This document shows positions 24,591-38,298 of a stretch of 64,000 bases of DNA, piece after piece. The DNA comes from Malacoraja senta (taxonomy: Eukaryota), in NCBI GenBank assembly GCA_038087875.1, contig CM075985.1, forward strand, positions 8,742,001-8,806,000, written 5' to 3'. Below the pieces are notes generated by a model, which worked only from the letters and a program-made list of their open reading frames with translations, was not told the origin of the DNA and made no database searches. Position 1 is the first letter of the stretch, and each line of letters begins with the position of its first letter. A program made the translations under genes and the position numbers.

Positions 24591-27039
24591 ACGAAGGAAT
24601 GTGAAAGAGGTGATTGGTTTAAGAGTGTAATAGCAATAGCTGTTTGGTTCTGTTTTGGAATGTATTTCTTTTGTTTAAAGTTCAAATAATATTTCCTGGT
24701 AAAATATAGATGCTTAATTTGGAGGGGTTTAAATTTTAATTATTCACTAAAATGTGAATATTCCTTTTTTTTGTCTGACATTATCAATTTTTTTGTCTGT
24801 GTATATGTGATTTGATTACCTATGTGCAACATGCGTGGGTGAGATGATTCCCTGGCCACACTGACTCAGTGTGATATTATTGGATTGCTGGCTATTGCAA
24901 ACACTGTAAATTGATGCTATAAATGCTGCACAATAATTTATCTTCTCTTAATTTTTTTTAATGTATTTATCATTTTCATCCAGACAGTAGGATAGTTATG
25001 TGTCACTTTATTACAAGGTGATTAATGCCTTTATTTCATCTGTACATCCTTTCAAATGTTTTTCATACCAGAATAATGAAATAATTTCATAAAATACCAG
25101 ACTCTGAAATATGATGAACTATGTGCTAGTTATTTTTGGCGTAAATGAATGACAGAGGAGCAGGTTAGTGTACTTATGAGGTGGGGATAGTAAGAATAGG
25201 AGATTTAATTCTTCTAAACTGAATCACTGTTCATGGTACCTCACCGTACTATCATTATACTAACATCCCTCGATCCTACATGTTAAAGCTTGATTGTCAA
25301 GAACCAGCAGCAAATGGTGCTAATTGAGGAAATAATGGCCTTACTGAACTTCAACTAAATTCTGTTTGGAATTTTGACCCTAGTTCAAGTCACACCCAGC
25401 CAATTTCATACAGTTAACAGCCACATTTTCTCACACTTTCAACTCCAATATTAGGTATTAGGTATAAACTTGGGTATTATCTCAATTCAGTGCTGAAAAA
25501 TCTATGTCTGTAATTTGACCATGTAGTTTAATTGTATCAAAAAGAATTAAACCCCTCATTCAATTGATTATGTCTCCTGAAGCATTTCACTTTCAACAAA
25601 TTGCTTTGAAATGGGATTCTGCATTACCAAGCATTGGGCATTTTATTCACAGCAAGAGGTTGCTGACTCCATTTACAAGACGACAAATTAAGCAGTTCAG
25701 TTTTGTCTACGTTAAGAGAAGAATATTGGAAGACACTGAGAGAGATCCCTACTCTTAATTTGATTGCCGTTACGGTATGTAAAATGCCCAGAAGAACAAT
25801 TGAATGGCAACCTCAGAATAGACCATTCTCCAAGGTATGTATTGGAATTGAGAGCAGATTATACAATCGTGCAGGGGGTAAACATAATCCAAGAGTAGTG
25901 CTATCAAATGAGCCAAGCTGAGCCCTAAGGAACTTCATTATTTTATTTTAACTCTCATCATTCATAAATGAATTTCATATCAGTAATACTTTTCTGAAAT
26001 CTTGAATATTAGTTTTTGTCAGCTGTTTACTCGTTTGTATGCTTCACTCACCAGCACAAGTTAATACATAAGGAGGATAATTCTGAAACACTGTTTGAAT
26101 GATCTGTCATATGGGCGAGTTATGGAAGATGGAGAAATTTTAACTTTGTATTTGTCCCCATTAGAAAAAACCAAAGCTGTGTTACAGCCTTGTTTACTAT
26201 TTTGTTTATTACCCTGTCATCAGGGACTTGGTTGAAGGAGTGGATATTTGCTTCTGCCCATGCAGTACAAAACTAAGACATTGGAAGATTAATAAGTGGG
26301 CTGTCAAACAACTTATGCAAAGAGATGGCTCCAAGAGTATCTCTGTGTACAACATTGGTGGAAACCAGCACTTAAACTCTATATTCACAGCTTTTGCCAG
26401 AAGTACAAGGTTGGTGTACCAATTCCAGCATTAGTTGGCTAGTCTTCAGCCAATTTAGTTCACTGCGTGTGATATCAGGCTATGGCTGACTGTGTTGGCT
26501 CTGCAAAAGTTTCATCTGGCTGGAGTGCCTTGGAACCAGTGGTGTCTCCAGCTGAGCTGTTTAATTACATCTACAACCAAGCATCTACTTGACAATCAAA
26601 AAATGTGTCTGGGTATGTCCTGTCCAAGGAAATGCTATCCACTGTGGATATCGCTAACCCTTCAATCAACTTTTAATAAAATATCATCAACAAAGGTATC
26701 AACTGTCACTTAGTTGTACCAGAAACGTTGGAAAAAACTGCCAGTCAAGCACCATCTTTGTTTGTTTTGGGTCTGGACCATTCCTCAGGATTTAACTGGT
26801 TTCTCATTCCACAGGTGCTTCTTGAACAATTGAGCACTTCCAGCATCTCTGTTGGTGTTTCAAATTCCAGCATCTGCAGTTTTATTTGTTTTTCATTTCT
26901 GTGCTAATTAAAGCCAGTTCAGTTGAGGTTTCATTCATATCCATGCCCCATTGCAATTGTGGTGCCAATGTGGACGACTGAGATGATTTTTTGAGAGAGA
27001 GTGATTACCCTTGATATCAAAACCATATTTGGCCATGGT

Positions 27040-27290
27040 ATCAAAGGGCCTCAGTAGAATTGAGGTCTAAAAATCAAGAGGGAATGTGACCAGAATCTGT
27101 AATAGAAAGATAAGAGTCATTGTTGTGGAACAATCGTCTCAGCCCCAGAACATTGTTGTAGAATTTCCTCAGAGTAGTACATAAGGCCAGGCAATGTTTA
27201 GCTGGCATCATTGACGATCTCCCATCCATCATGAGGCTATTTGCACCTGGTTGCAATGTTTGGTGCCATTTACTACTCATCAAATATTGA
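27040..27290 (+). mobile_element. Ancient CR1-like RT fragment
   Basis: Translates to a degenerate VVEQSSQPQNI..FPQSS.. equivalent of the GVPQGSVLGP region. Confidence 0.45.
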
Positions 27291-28804
27291 TAAAAAATCT
27301 ATTTTTTTAAGTGAAGAGACGTGGATAATGTTGAATTGAGAGGTGATGTAGGGTTTACAGATTATCCAAATTATTGGATGTTATACCTAACTCGGTTTTA
27401 AATAACTTTTTTACACCATAGGGATTTCTAAACCAGGACAGCAGAACTTTGAAGATTTATAGTTGTGCCTTTGGATCTTTTATGTGCACATGAAAGGGAA
27501 AATAGGGTTTTAGAGATGATATTTCATCCAAATAGCAATACTTCTAACTTTGCAGCACTTAACCCGATGCTGCAGTGTTTGGCCTTGTGGATCCTCAAGT
27601 TGTGGAGCTTGCTGACTCACAGGCAAGACTGTTACCATTGAGCCACCACTGGCACAGTCCTCAAAAAAGTGTAAACATGAGCTGAGGCTTGGTAAATACG
27701 CTTGTCATTAATAGCGTTAAGAATATTCAGAAAGCAAGTTTCTTCTAAGAAGTATTCAGTACCATCTAAAATGACAACAGGCAGCATGATGCTTGCCGCA
27801 GGAAAGTAAACAGTAAAACGTGATTGAGAATAGCGTAGGAAAGTTTGAATCAAATTATATCCAATTAGCTGAAAGAGTTAATTAATATTATCGGTTACTG
27901 TCATATTTAAGCTTTCCTGTTGTAAAAAGGCAATTGCTATTGCATTGTGGGATACTTGGCCAAATATCATGGCAAGGTTTTTTTTAAAGTAAGTTGAATA
28001 GTTTAATCAGATCAGAAGGGGCCAGTGGAGGATTACTAGTGCCGTTGGAATGCCTGGCTTTTGGCAAAGAGTGAAAAACAACTCCATATTTGGAGGTGGC
28101 TGGTGTTTCCTGAGACATTACCTCATGCAATTGATACTGAGTCTGGGAGTATATTAACCCCGGTTTTCTGGTATTTCTGTGTGTGTTGCTGGAGAACTCA
28201 GACGTAATACTGTTGCCTCTGGGTCTCTAAAACCACACCCGTCGGACGTTAAAATTAAAGCTTTGAATGGTCTTAACTGTTGTGTTTGTCTGTTTCCAAG
28301 TGAACTTTTTCATAGCCAAGTGAAAGGGAAGCCAAAGAAAATTAAAGATAGTTCAGACTTCAGTGAATTTGACATCTAAGGTCCATAGTGGTAAAACATT
28401 CCTGCAGAACGCTTGTACTCTACATATATATCAAGATCCACAGTGTAAGTTGGGTCATAGCCTGTCAACAGCAAGGTAAACATAGATAGAGAATGAGAGT
28501 ACATTTAATGAAAACCTCTTCTTGCCTTATTAAATGTTATGGGAGTAACAACTATAGATGATAATTGTGGAGGTCACTTCTTTTAGAGTTTTCAGTTTGT
28601 ATTCTCTTCAGCCTGAGGTGAATAGAGCAACAGGAGATAAAGACTTTTTTTCTTTCATGTCTGATGCACAGATAAGGAATGGCAAATGTAGAGTAACAAT
28701 TGATTTCATAGCTTTGTAATTCTTTGTGTGCATTTAACCAGAAACATTTTCCGTGAAGGGAAATAGAGAATGGTCTGTGGGCTCTGCTTTCTTGACAATA
28801 GGAA

Positions 28805-28990
28805 GATAGACACAAAAAGCTGGAGTAACTCAGCGGGACAGGCAGCATCGCTGGAGAGAAGGAAGGGGTGACGTTTCAAGTCAAGACCCTTCTTCAGACC
28901 CTGCTTTTGGTTCAAACAAGCATCTGCAGTTCCTTCTTACACATTTCGTCTGCTTTCGGTTTAAACCAGCATCTGCAGTTTCTTCTTACA
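28805..28990. mobile_element. PLE pLTR mini-element with two tandem inverted terminal tails
   Basis: TSD tttcttgacaawaggaa at 28788-28804 and 28991-29007. The left arm is followed by two copies of ..agcatctgcagttycttcttaca. Confidence 0.85.
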
Positions 28991-29023
28991 TTTCTTGACA
29001 AAAGGAACTATTTTTCAAGGTGA

Positions 29024-29512
29024 AAGTAGACAAAAAATGCTGGAGAAATTCAGCGGGTGAGGCAGCATCTATGGAGAAAAGGAGTAGGCGACGTTTCGTG
29101 TCGAGACCCGTCTTCAGACTGATGTCGGTGTGGGTGGGAAAAAGAAAGGAAGAGGCGGAGACAGTAGGCTATGTGGGAGAGCTGGGAAGGGGGAGGGGAA
29201 GGAGGAAGAAAGCAAGGACTACCTGAAATTAGAGACGTCAATGTTCACACCGCTGGGGTGTAAACTACCCAAGCGAAATATGAGGCGTTGTTCCTCCAAT
29301 TTACGCTGGAATCGATGAGGCCCAGGACAGAAGGGTCACCTGCAATTGATGAGGCCCAGGACAGAAGGGTCAGATTCAGAATGGGAGGTGGAGTTGAAGT
29401 GCTGGGCAAACGGGAGATCAGGTTGGTTAATACGGACTGAGCGGAGGTGTTGGGCAAAGCGGTCACCGAGCCTAGTTTCAATTTTTCCAGGATCTGCAGT
29501 TCCTTCTTAAAC
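29024..29512 (-). mobile_element. 5'-truncated Penelope-like retroelement: GIY-YIG endonuclease C-terminus, pLTR and inverted tail
   Basis: Minus-strand peptides RLGDRFAQHLRSVRINQPDLPFAQHFNSTSHS and QRKLEEQRLIFRLGSLHPSGVNID..FR* (stop 29219-29221). TSD atttttcaaggtga at 29010-29023 and 29513-29526. Confidence 0.9.
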
Positions 29513-30909
29513 ATTTTTCAAGGTGACTTCAGTTAACAATTCCCAGTTCTGTCATGCGTTTTAATAGATGACCTGCTGACTGTAAAAACAACTCTGTTCT
29601 GTTTCTTAATGTAGTTTCTGATGATAAAATATTGGTTTAGACTTAACTGCTACAAACAAAGGTAATAAAGGTGTAGGTTGTTATGCCTGGAGAAATTGAA
29701 GTTATGGATGGTGTTGTTCAGTAAATTCAACTGAATCTAGGTAGTTTATTTCAGTGGCTTATGATTAAGGTTTGTAGGAATGTGCAATGGTTTATTTTTG
29801 AAGCATTAGAAGCAATGGTTTCTGTGGTTATTTATATTACCATTTGTCAAAAATAATAACGATCATCATACTATTATATGGCAGTAAGATGGGTGTGGAA
29901 TGTACCAAATCCTTGTTTAACAACAGCAATAAACATGAGAAATTGCATGTATCAAACATAGGGCTTCTCTGATGACTAATTTGATGTCTGAGTTTTGCAT
30001 ACCAAAGATCTTGTAATTTTCAGATTAACTAGCTAGTTACAGTGGACTTTCCTCCCATTTGGTAAGCAAGGACCAATTAAATCAAGATTCCTAGGTTCTG
30101 ATCACTCTAACGACTTCCTGTTAGACATATTTTTGCAGCGCGTGTGATGCATTCCTGAGCAGCCAAATGTTCAGCTTAGCATTGAAGGGTCACTGTCTTT
30201 TGTCACCTTACCCACATTCAAAAGGTCTAAAAGCAAAATGCTACTACATGGCTGGAAGCTAAGTATAGGTTGCATCAAAATCCGTGTTTAACAGCATTAA
30301 ATAAGCATGAGATATCGCATGTATTCATCCAGTCTGAATGCAAAATGGTGTAGATGCTGGAAGGCTGAAGTAAAAAGAGAAGCTGGAAATAGTCATCAGG
30401 TCAGACAGCATCTGTGGAGAGCAAAACCAATGAAAAGCCATCAAGATGAAGCAAGAACTGTTTCTCTTTCCACAATGCAATGTGATCAGCTGCCCATTTC
30501 CAACCTGGTCTGTTTTATATCAATTTACCGGTCTTGCTCATATTTTGCTTTTGACCATCTTTGCACATTTCCTTTGTAGCATCTTTATGAAAGAAACTGT
30601 TAATATATAATTAGTCCATATGTAGTTGGAGTGTCTTGTAATTAACAAAGACCAGTTTCTACATATGATACCTTTTTATGACATTTCCGAGTCCCTACTT
30701 GAGGGAAAAATATATGGGGTGAAAGTCGGGAGACATTGTACATGTTTTGGTGAAGGTTAAACTTGTGGAACACTGCAGTGGAGTGAAATTTCATTTTTGT
30801 TTAAGTAGAAAATTGTCACAAATAAATCCAGTCATGTCTTGAAAGAAATAGCAGTGATTATGCTCTTAATGTTGCAAAATGTTCCAAAGAGCTTTACAGG
30901 AACATTATC

Positions 30910-31110
30910 AAAGGCTGGTGGCCCTGTGCAATTCTCTACCACATAAGGGTTTGCAGGCCAAGTCATTGAGAGAGATTTCTAGATTCAAAAGGTTTCAAAG
31001 ACAATGTTTCGGGAGCAAGACTGTACTACAGAAGCTCAGCCATGATTATATTGAATGGTGGAAGAGGCTTAACATTCTGAATGGTCTGTTGCTCCTATTT
31101 CCTGGTGCTC
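30910..31110 (+). mobile_element. Decayed CR1 3' end
   Basis: RLVALCNSLPHK peptide and tail cagccatgattatattgaatggtgg. Confidence 0.6.
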
Positions 31111-34100
31111 TATATTTCTAAGGAAGATTTTAAGGTACATCATAAAGTAGGAAATGTGACTAGAAAGTAAGGGGATTTTATAATGTCAGTGTTTGGGTCC
31201 ATAGCCTTTAGACTTGGTTACCAGAGATGGAGGAAATAGATTTAGGAATTCTCAAAAATTGGGTGTGGAAATACTGGAGAACTTGAGATGACTAGCATAG
31301 GCACATTTAAAAGAAAGCTAGGTAATTGCGAGTGGAAGAAATAATGGGCTATAACAGCAGGGTTTGAGGCCTTTACATGGATGGAAGATTGGGTGGTGAA
31401 AGGCATCTTATTCTCATCCATCAAGAATCATTTGTTTCAATATCTTTGAGCCCAGCATTGGATGTGGAGTTCAACAGCAGGTACTCACATGCCAGTTATT
31501 TATTGCTCAGTTTGGAAAGAGGTGTTCCCTATAACAAACTCAATACACGTCCTTCAGGAAGTTATTCTACGTACTAAAATTCATCAAGAGATGAAAGCGT
31601 CCACTGTTTCATCGCAAACTTTTCTTTCCTCTCAAAATACAGGGTTGCATTGGGCTAATTTATAGTCATTCAAACATCCATTTGCTACTCTGAGAATGAG
31701 GGATACTAAGAAGAGACTGAGTTGAATAAAACCGAATGAAATTGCATTTGGTGTAAAGCATCAAAGGCAGCTTCACTGATGTGTTGAAGCAGAGACAGTG
31801 CTTCAGTTTGAAAGAGATCAGCAAGAGGCTCAATTTTTCTTCAATTTTTTTTGTACGATTTTTGTTTACCTCCATTAAACCATTAAAGTCGTATGTCAGA
31901 GCAGGTGCTGATACCAATTTCAACTTTATCCCGATGTGAGAATGGTGTTATATTGGTTACTGTTTTAAGTTGTGATTAAAGAGCAAGAAAACAATTAGAA
32001 AGGGATGCCTGGGAGCTTTCCATACATCTTTGTTTTGTGAACACGAAAGTCTATAATTACTCAGAGCCGCTTTGTTGGAAGCACGAATGCACACTGGCTG
32101 TAGCAGATGCAGTAAATCTAATTTACGGTGTTGAGCATTTTTTATTGCAACACATAGATGAGAAACCTCTGAACTTGACCAGTGATTGTGAAATTGTACA
32201 TTAGGTTGTTTACAAGCTAGCTAAATAGGAAAGTGTGACTGGGAATTGTATTTTCCCCTCTGGAGTCTGTCAATAAATTGGGTAGAGAATTGTAGTTCTC
32301 TGTAGCAAAATAATATTCTGTGGTAAACCATTTTACCATTAGATGCTTATTCTGCTCGTGTAATGTTCAGCCTGTAATGTTGGTGCTTGATCTTGAAGTA
32401 TTCCAAAAGGCTAATGGCAGTCGCAATACTTCTGTTTATTCTGGAATCACTTCGCAACATTTTATTAAGTATTTGAAATGCAAGTTCTAGATGTGGTGTT
32501 CCTAGACATTCACCTGTGGAGTTGTTGGGTAATTGGACTCGGATTAGTTTGCGGATGGGTCTGATAATTGTAGAGTTGTATCATCAATCATTTGAAGAGA
32601 GGTTCTCATTTACGATCGATTCAATCCTTTACGTTGCAATTTTGGCATTATAATTGAAGATGGCTTGATTTGGAAACGCAGAAATAGAATTGAGTTCTAA
32701 AGTCACTGAAGGCAGAAATAGCTATTTTGTAGTTAAATTGAAGTGAAATTTGAGTTTAATCTTGACTCCCAGTCCTTGCATTATATTGCACAGAACAGTG
32801 TGTCTATGCCTTGAGATCACCATCTTTTGTTATGATCTGTCGGGTGCTGTACACCCATTATCTTAGTCATTACTAATTAAATGTCTATGTTTGATGTGGC
32901 TAAATTATTGCATTATTAACAAATGTGCTGCCATTTGATTGAGTCGAGAAAAAACTAATGTACTGGAATATTTATAACATCATAAAAAATCCCCCAAAAA
33001 TCACTATAATTGGTTATTAAGCTGTTTTAAATATCCCATGTTTTACATCAACAGTAATGTTGTTTTGTCACTGATGATACTTATTTTGATTTTACCCACT
33101 AAATACACGTCTAATGTCCTTTTGTGCAGGTTTGTAAGCACATAACATCCTTGCATGTATGTAATTTGGAATAGTTAGTATATTTCGAGATGCTTTCATT
33201 TAGATGTCACAGCATTGTGCAACTGCTGAATGCAACCTGCCAAGCTCTTCTAAGAGACTATTGGTTTTTTTGTAAAGTAAATTAAACCAGATTCACAGAG
33301 CAATTTTCCTGGGCAAATGTTTCCATCGTGGTAAATACGATAAGTAGTCATTCCACACACTCCTCTTGCTCCCTACTCCTGTATGGTGTTAAAATAGACT
33401 TGTAAACCAGAACAGAACACATATAAGAAATATCTTAATGTGGAGAATTGATGGAGCATGGTATGCTTTGCCACAGGACATGGCTGAGACAACCAGAGCT
33501 GCATTTTTTTTTATTGGGGCATTGGATAAATATTTGAAATGTTGGAAAATACTAGGTTATGGAGAGAAATCAGTCCATTGGAATTGGTTTTGAATTGCTG
33601 TAACAAAGAACTGCTGCATACACAATGAGCTGAATCCAACCATGCTATGAACATTTGGTACTTCTGTAGTCTCCAGTAACTTGTGCTACCTCAGTACATC
33701 AACATTTTGTTGTTCCTTACCTACCACACTCTCTCTCTAATGTAACCTAAATTAATATTTGCTAACTGCAACTTCTGCACTTAGTTGATTGCCATAAGCT
33801 CCGACACTTCAATTTGCGTCTCTTCTCTATGAGTATGGATTTACAGTTTCAGTGTAAAAGATGACCAAACTTTTGCCCACATTATTGGGAGTTACTTTAA
33901 AAATGCTGAAACCAGAGGTCTGGGTGAAACATGTGTTGCTTCTGTTGCATGTGCTTGGTGCAGATTGATATAAGGGAATTGATTTTTTTCCCTCTTTTTG
34001 CTTCCAAACTTTGAGAGAAACTTGAAGCATGAAACACTTTTACATTGGTTTGGTCACACTTGAATTGCAATTGAAAGCTTGTTCACCAGCTTTTCCTGGC

Positions 34101-35520
34101 GGGCAAGAATGTGAGGAGGCAGTGCATCTGGTTGGGATAGCCCAGCTGTGGACCAATTCAACTGGGCCAAATCTTGGGATAAGTTTGTGAGGATGCTAAA
34201 GAAGATGATTAGCAGCACTCGTTAAAGGTTCACTGTAGCACAGAAATAATGGGTGATTTAAGCACAATTATTTCAATGTTTATTGAAGTGTCTGCATTCC
34301 TTAGAAATATTGCAAAAGGACTGAGGATGGCAATGGCTTGGTGAGCTAGGCTGTGATGTATATAAAAATAATCATATCAGGCAACTACAGTATTAATGAG
34401 CAGCACATCCATAAAACAGTCAACTATCCTGTGCATAATAGGGACCATTTAAAAGCCCTGGATGTGTTTCTTCATCTCATTCAGTTTATTGGAATCCTGA
34501 GACTATATTTCCAGTCGCAGCAACTTGAATATTGTTTAAATTCCATGAGCAGCAGGCATTTGGTCCCATGGGTGATTATGTACTCTGCTCTTTATCTCCT
34601 GATCTCCCGTAGTCACTGGAGGTGCGATTTGCACAGCTTCCAGCTTTTTGCCCGATTTCCATCTTTAATGGCTTCATCATTTAATATAAACAAGGAAATT
34701 GGCACACAGGAGTCACAGAATCAGAATCTTGGGATAATCTCACTTAAAAATATTCTGAATTTGTTGGTCGAAAATACAAAACAAATTTGCAAATATCGAA
34801 AATGTAAGTTGTTCATTATTTGAAAGAGAAAAACAATAACATTTAACATAGTCTTTCCATCAGTCTAAGAACGGAAACAAATGACTGCCTTTATTCCTTG
34901 TCTTAAAACAATGTTATTGATCCACAGTCTGTGAGGAAATAAGTTCCAAATTCCAACTAGGTTTTGTATGGATAAGCTGCTTTGTGATTTTACTCATAAA
35001 TTAGCTACATTTATTTAATTTTAAAGCAGTGCTCCCCGCCACCTCCATCCTTGTTTTGCATTCCCCAATGATAAGAAGTAATTGTTTGTATTGATTGTGT
35101 TAGATTCTTACTTTTTAAATATCTCAATTAGATTTCCCATCAACCTTCTAAACCCATGAATATACGACAGGATTATGCAGCCTGGTGTCTAATAATTCCA
35201 CATAAATTGCAATCCTGCTTACACTGCTGTGACCTTTTAAAACTTTCTGCTCCCGCCTACACAGCTTAATGTAATTTTCAAATATGATATGTCATCAAAG
35301 ACATTAATGGCTGTTTAAAATAAAATCTAGGAATATTTTCTGCATCACCCAAGCTTGCCTCTAATCCATTTATTTTTATATCATGTTGTTATGGTCTTTT
35401 ATATATTCAACTCTTCTCTTGTCCAGATGTTACTGAAAGCCTTTTGGAACTGCATAGAGAAAACAACATGGAAACTCCCCAGGCCAATTTTTGAAACCTT
35501 TTTTAAAATTCTAAACTGGA

Positions 35521-36240
35521 TTAATCAGATATATATCGTTTTATAATGTTAAAGAAGGAACTGCAGATGCTGGAAAATCGAAGGTACACAAAAATGCTGG
35601 AGAAACTCAGCGGGTGCAGCAGCATCTATGGAGCGAAGGAAATAGGTAACGTTTCGGGCCGAAACCCTTCTTCAGACGCCCGAAACGTTACCTATTTCCT
35701 TCGCTCCATAGATGCTGCTGCACCCGCTGAGTTTCTCCAGCATTTTTGTGTACCTATCGTTTTATAATGTTCATTGACTCTCTCTGAGCTTCAAATAGCC
35801 ATTGCCTATGTCCTGGATAATCAATTCTCGTAATCTTACAATAAATAAAACTGTACTGGCTTAACATTACTAGGTTTTGCCTTCTCTCTATTCCTCAACT
35901 ACACATTCACAATTAAATAATCCTGTCAAAATTCCCAGATTTAGAGAATGTTGGAAAATATAATCAATACATCTGCAATTCCCTTTCTTGTCTTAACCAG
36001 ATTTATATATGTTTATAATCTTTATTGACTCTGAGCTTCAAATGTCCATTGACCATGTCCTAGATAATCCATTCTCGTAATCTTACAATAACTAAAACTG
36101 AACCGGCTTGACATTACCAGGTTTGTCCTTCCCTCTATTCCTCAACTGGACATTCACAATTATATAATCATGTAAACATTCCCAGATTTAGAGAGCGTTG
36201 GAAAATGTGTTCAATACATCTGCAATTTTCTTTCATATCT
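35521..36240 (+). repeat. ~250-bp tandem duplication (unit 1 35521-35992 including a PLE insertion; unit 2 35993-36240)
   Basis: Both units read ttaa.cagat.tatat..gtttataat...attctcgtaatcttacaataa...attcccagatttagag...caatacatctgcaatt. Confidence 0.85.
35551..35754. mobile_element. Palindromic PLE pLTR mini-element
   Basis: Perfect 78-bp inverted repeat (35582-35659 / 35678-35755). 17-bp TSD tatcgttttataatgtt at 35534-35550 and 35755-35771. Confidence 0.92.
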
Positions 36241-36729
36241 GGTAGCCTGAAGTGTTTATACCTAAAACGGTCATCTGTCTGTACTCTTTCTGATCTTATC
36301 TTGTTTTTCTTCTTCATGCTGCACAGTTTCACAATTCCTCCCACCAGCCCTTCTGTAGTCCATATTGTTGAGGCCAATTAAACCATTGCAGCTATTGAGA
36401 TAGGACTTAAGAGGATACTGGTATTCTCTATACAAGCACTGGCAGGCTGTAGTACAAAGAACAGTGCTTTCTCATCCCCAAGTCATTTAAAATGCATTAC
36501 AGTATTCTTTTATTTTTTTGATCTGCCAGAGAAGTAAAATAATATTGTGTGTGGGCCTGCAGAGACTTAACTCAATGTCTTTTTATAAAAGGAAAATAAT
36601 TTGTACAAAATATTTCCTTCGAAAAGAAGGGAATGGAGAATAAATTCTTGTACGTAAAATTAAATCAAAACTTTGCTTATTTTTAAATGAAGTTTTATAA
36701 CCATCAACAGCTGATATAATTGATAGCGT

Positions 36730-37850
36730 GGAGGTTTAAGGTAATTTAGCAAAACTGAAAGTCGGGATGTCACCGGGACCAGATAGGATGAAATCTAGGA
36801 TTTTGAGGGAGAATCAGAGGCTCACTGACATGCAATGCCCTTTGGACATGGTGATCGTGTCCGAGACTGAAGTTAGCAAAGGTCACTTTGTAGTACACAA
36901 AAGGGAATAAGAACAAACCCAACAACTAGAGGCTGTCTTCAATGGCAGAAACCATTTGGAGACATTGATCTGGACCAGGATTGATAGTCACCTGAAGGAA
37001 AATGAATTCATTAAGACAGGACTGCACAGACTAGTTGAGGGCAAATCAGGTTTAGCCAATTTAAAGGAACTTTTTGATGAGGTAAGAGGTTTTATAATGT
37101 TAATGTGGTGCACATGGATTTTTAGAAGACTTTTGATAAGATGCCACCTAACAAGCTTATCATCAAAATTGAAGCACATAGCACAATATAAAGTTATCAA
37201 AGTAAAGGCAACAGAAGTCATGGTACATGATTGTTTTTGAATTGGATAAAGATCCCTGGCAGATCTAGGGATTGTTTTTGGGAGCATTGCTTTTTTTGAT
37301 CAATATTAATATCAGACTTGTTAGTGAATACTATAATTTATAATTTGCAGATAACATGAAACTTGAAATATTATGAACTGCATGGACAACACTGAAACTG
37401 CAAAAGGATATCGAAAGTTTGGTGAATGGGCAAACATGTGGAGAAATGTGAGGTGTTACATTTTGGTGGGAAGGATGAGGAGAGACTGTAGAATAAAGAA
37501 TACTGTTCCAAAGGGGGTATAGGAGCAGAGTGACTTGGAAATATGCCCAGATCATTGAAAATGGCAGGGCAGGTTGAGAAAGCAGTCAATGAGCCATACA
37601 CAGTTTTGGGCATACAGTTTAAACTCAGGAACGTCCTGTTGGGCCATTCTACACTGATCCTGCCTCAATTTGAGTATCATGTTCAATTCTGGTTGCCACA
37701 TTATTTGAAGGATGTGAGAGTGTTGGAGGTCGTCAAGGGAAAATTTACGAGTGTGGTTCCTTGGATAGCAACTACAGACACAACATAAATTAGAGAAGCT
37801 CGGACTCTCTTTCGTGAAGAGAAGGCAGAGGAAAGATTTGATTCTATGAT
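36730..37850 (+). mobile_element. Decayed CR1 ORF2 fragment
   Basis: SPGPD-like, FADNMKL and PQFEYHVQFWLPHYLKD motifs. Confidence 0.75.
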
Positions 37851-38298
37851 TGGAATGATTTTGCAACTAACCCTTAAAATGTTAGATCAGCAGCATTTTC
37901 ATCGGCTGGTTTTGGTGGTTGAATACATGGCTAGTTTGGAGCCGCCTCCAGAGAAATATGAGCAATTGAGCTTTCCAGCACAGAATTGCAGTTTTGTTCC
38001 TGGGCAATTTCTTTTCCCCCTATGTGCTTCCAAAGATAGTGAATGTTCTTACCAGTAACCAGATAATCAGATCTTTACATCAAGTCCATGCTATTTAGTT
38101 TCACTCCATATCATGCGGGTGTGCAGTGTATTTGGTGCACAACATTATTTTACAACTCATGATTTATCCCAGTAAGCCCTGTTCAACGGTTAGTTGTGCA
38201 AGTTCTGCTCTCTGTTTTATTGTCCCATGCAAAGATTATCATCTCATCCTGAGCTTTTCTTCCGGGGTGTCATAATGTGCATTCTGAAGCAGAAGTTA

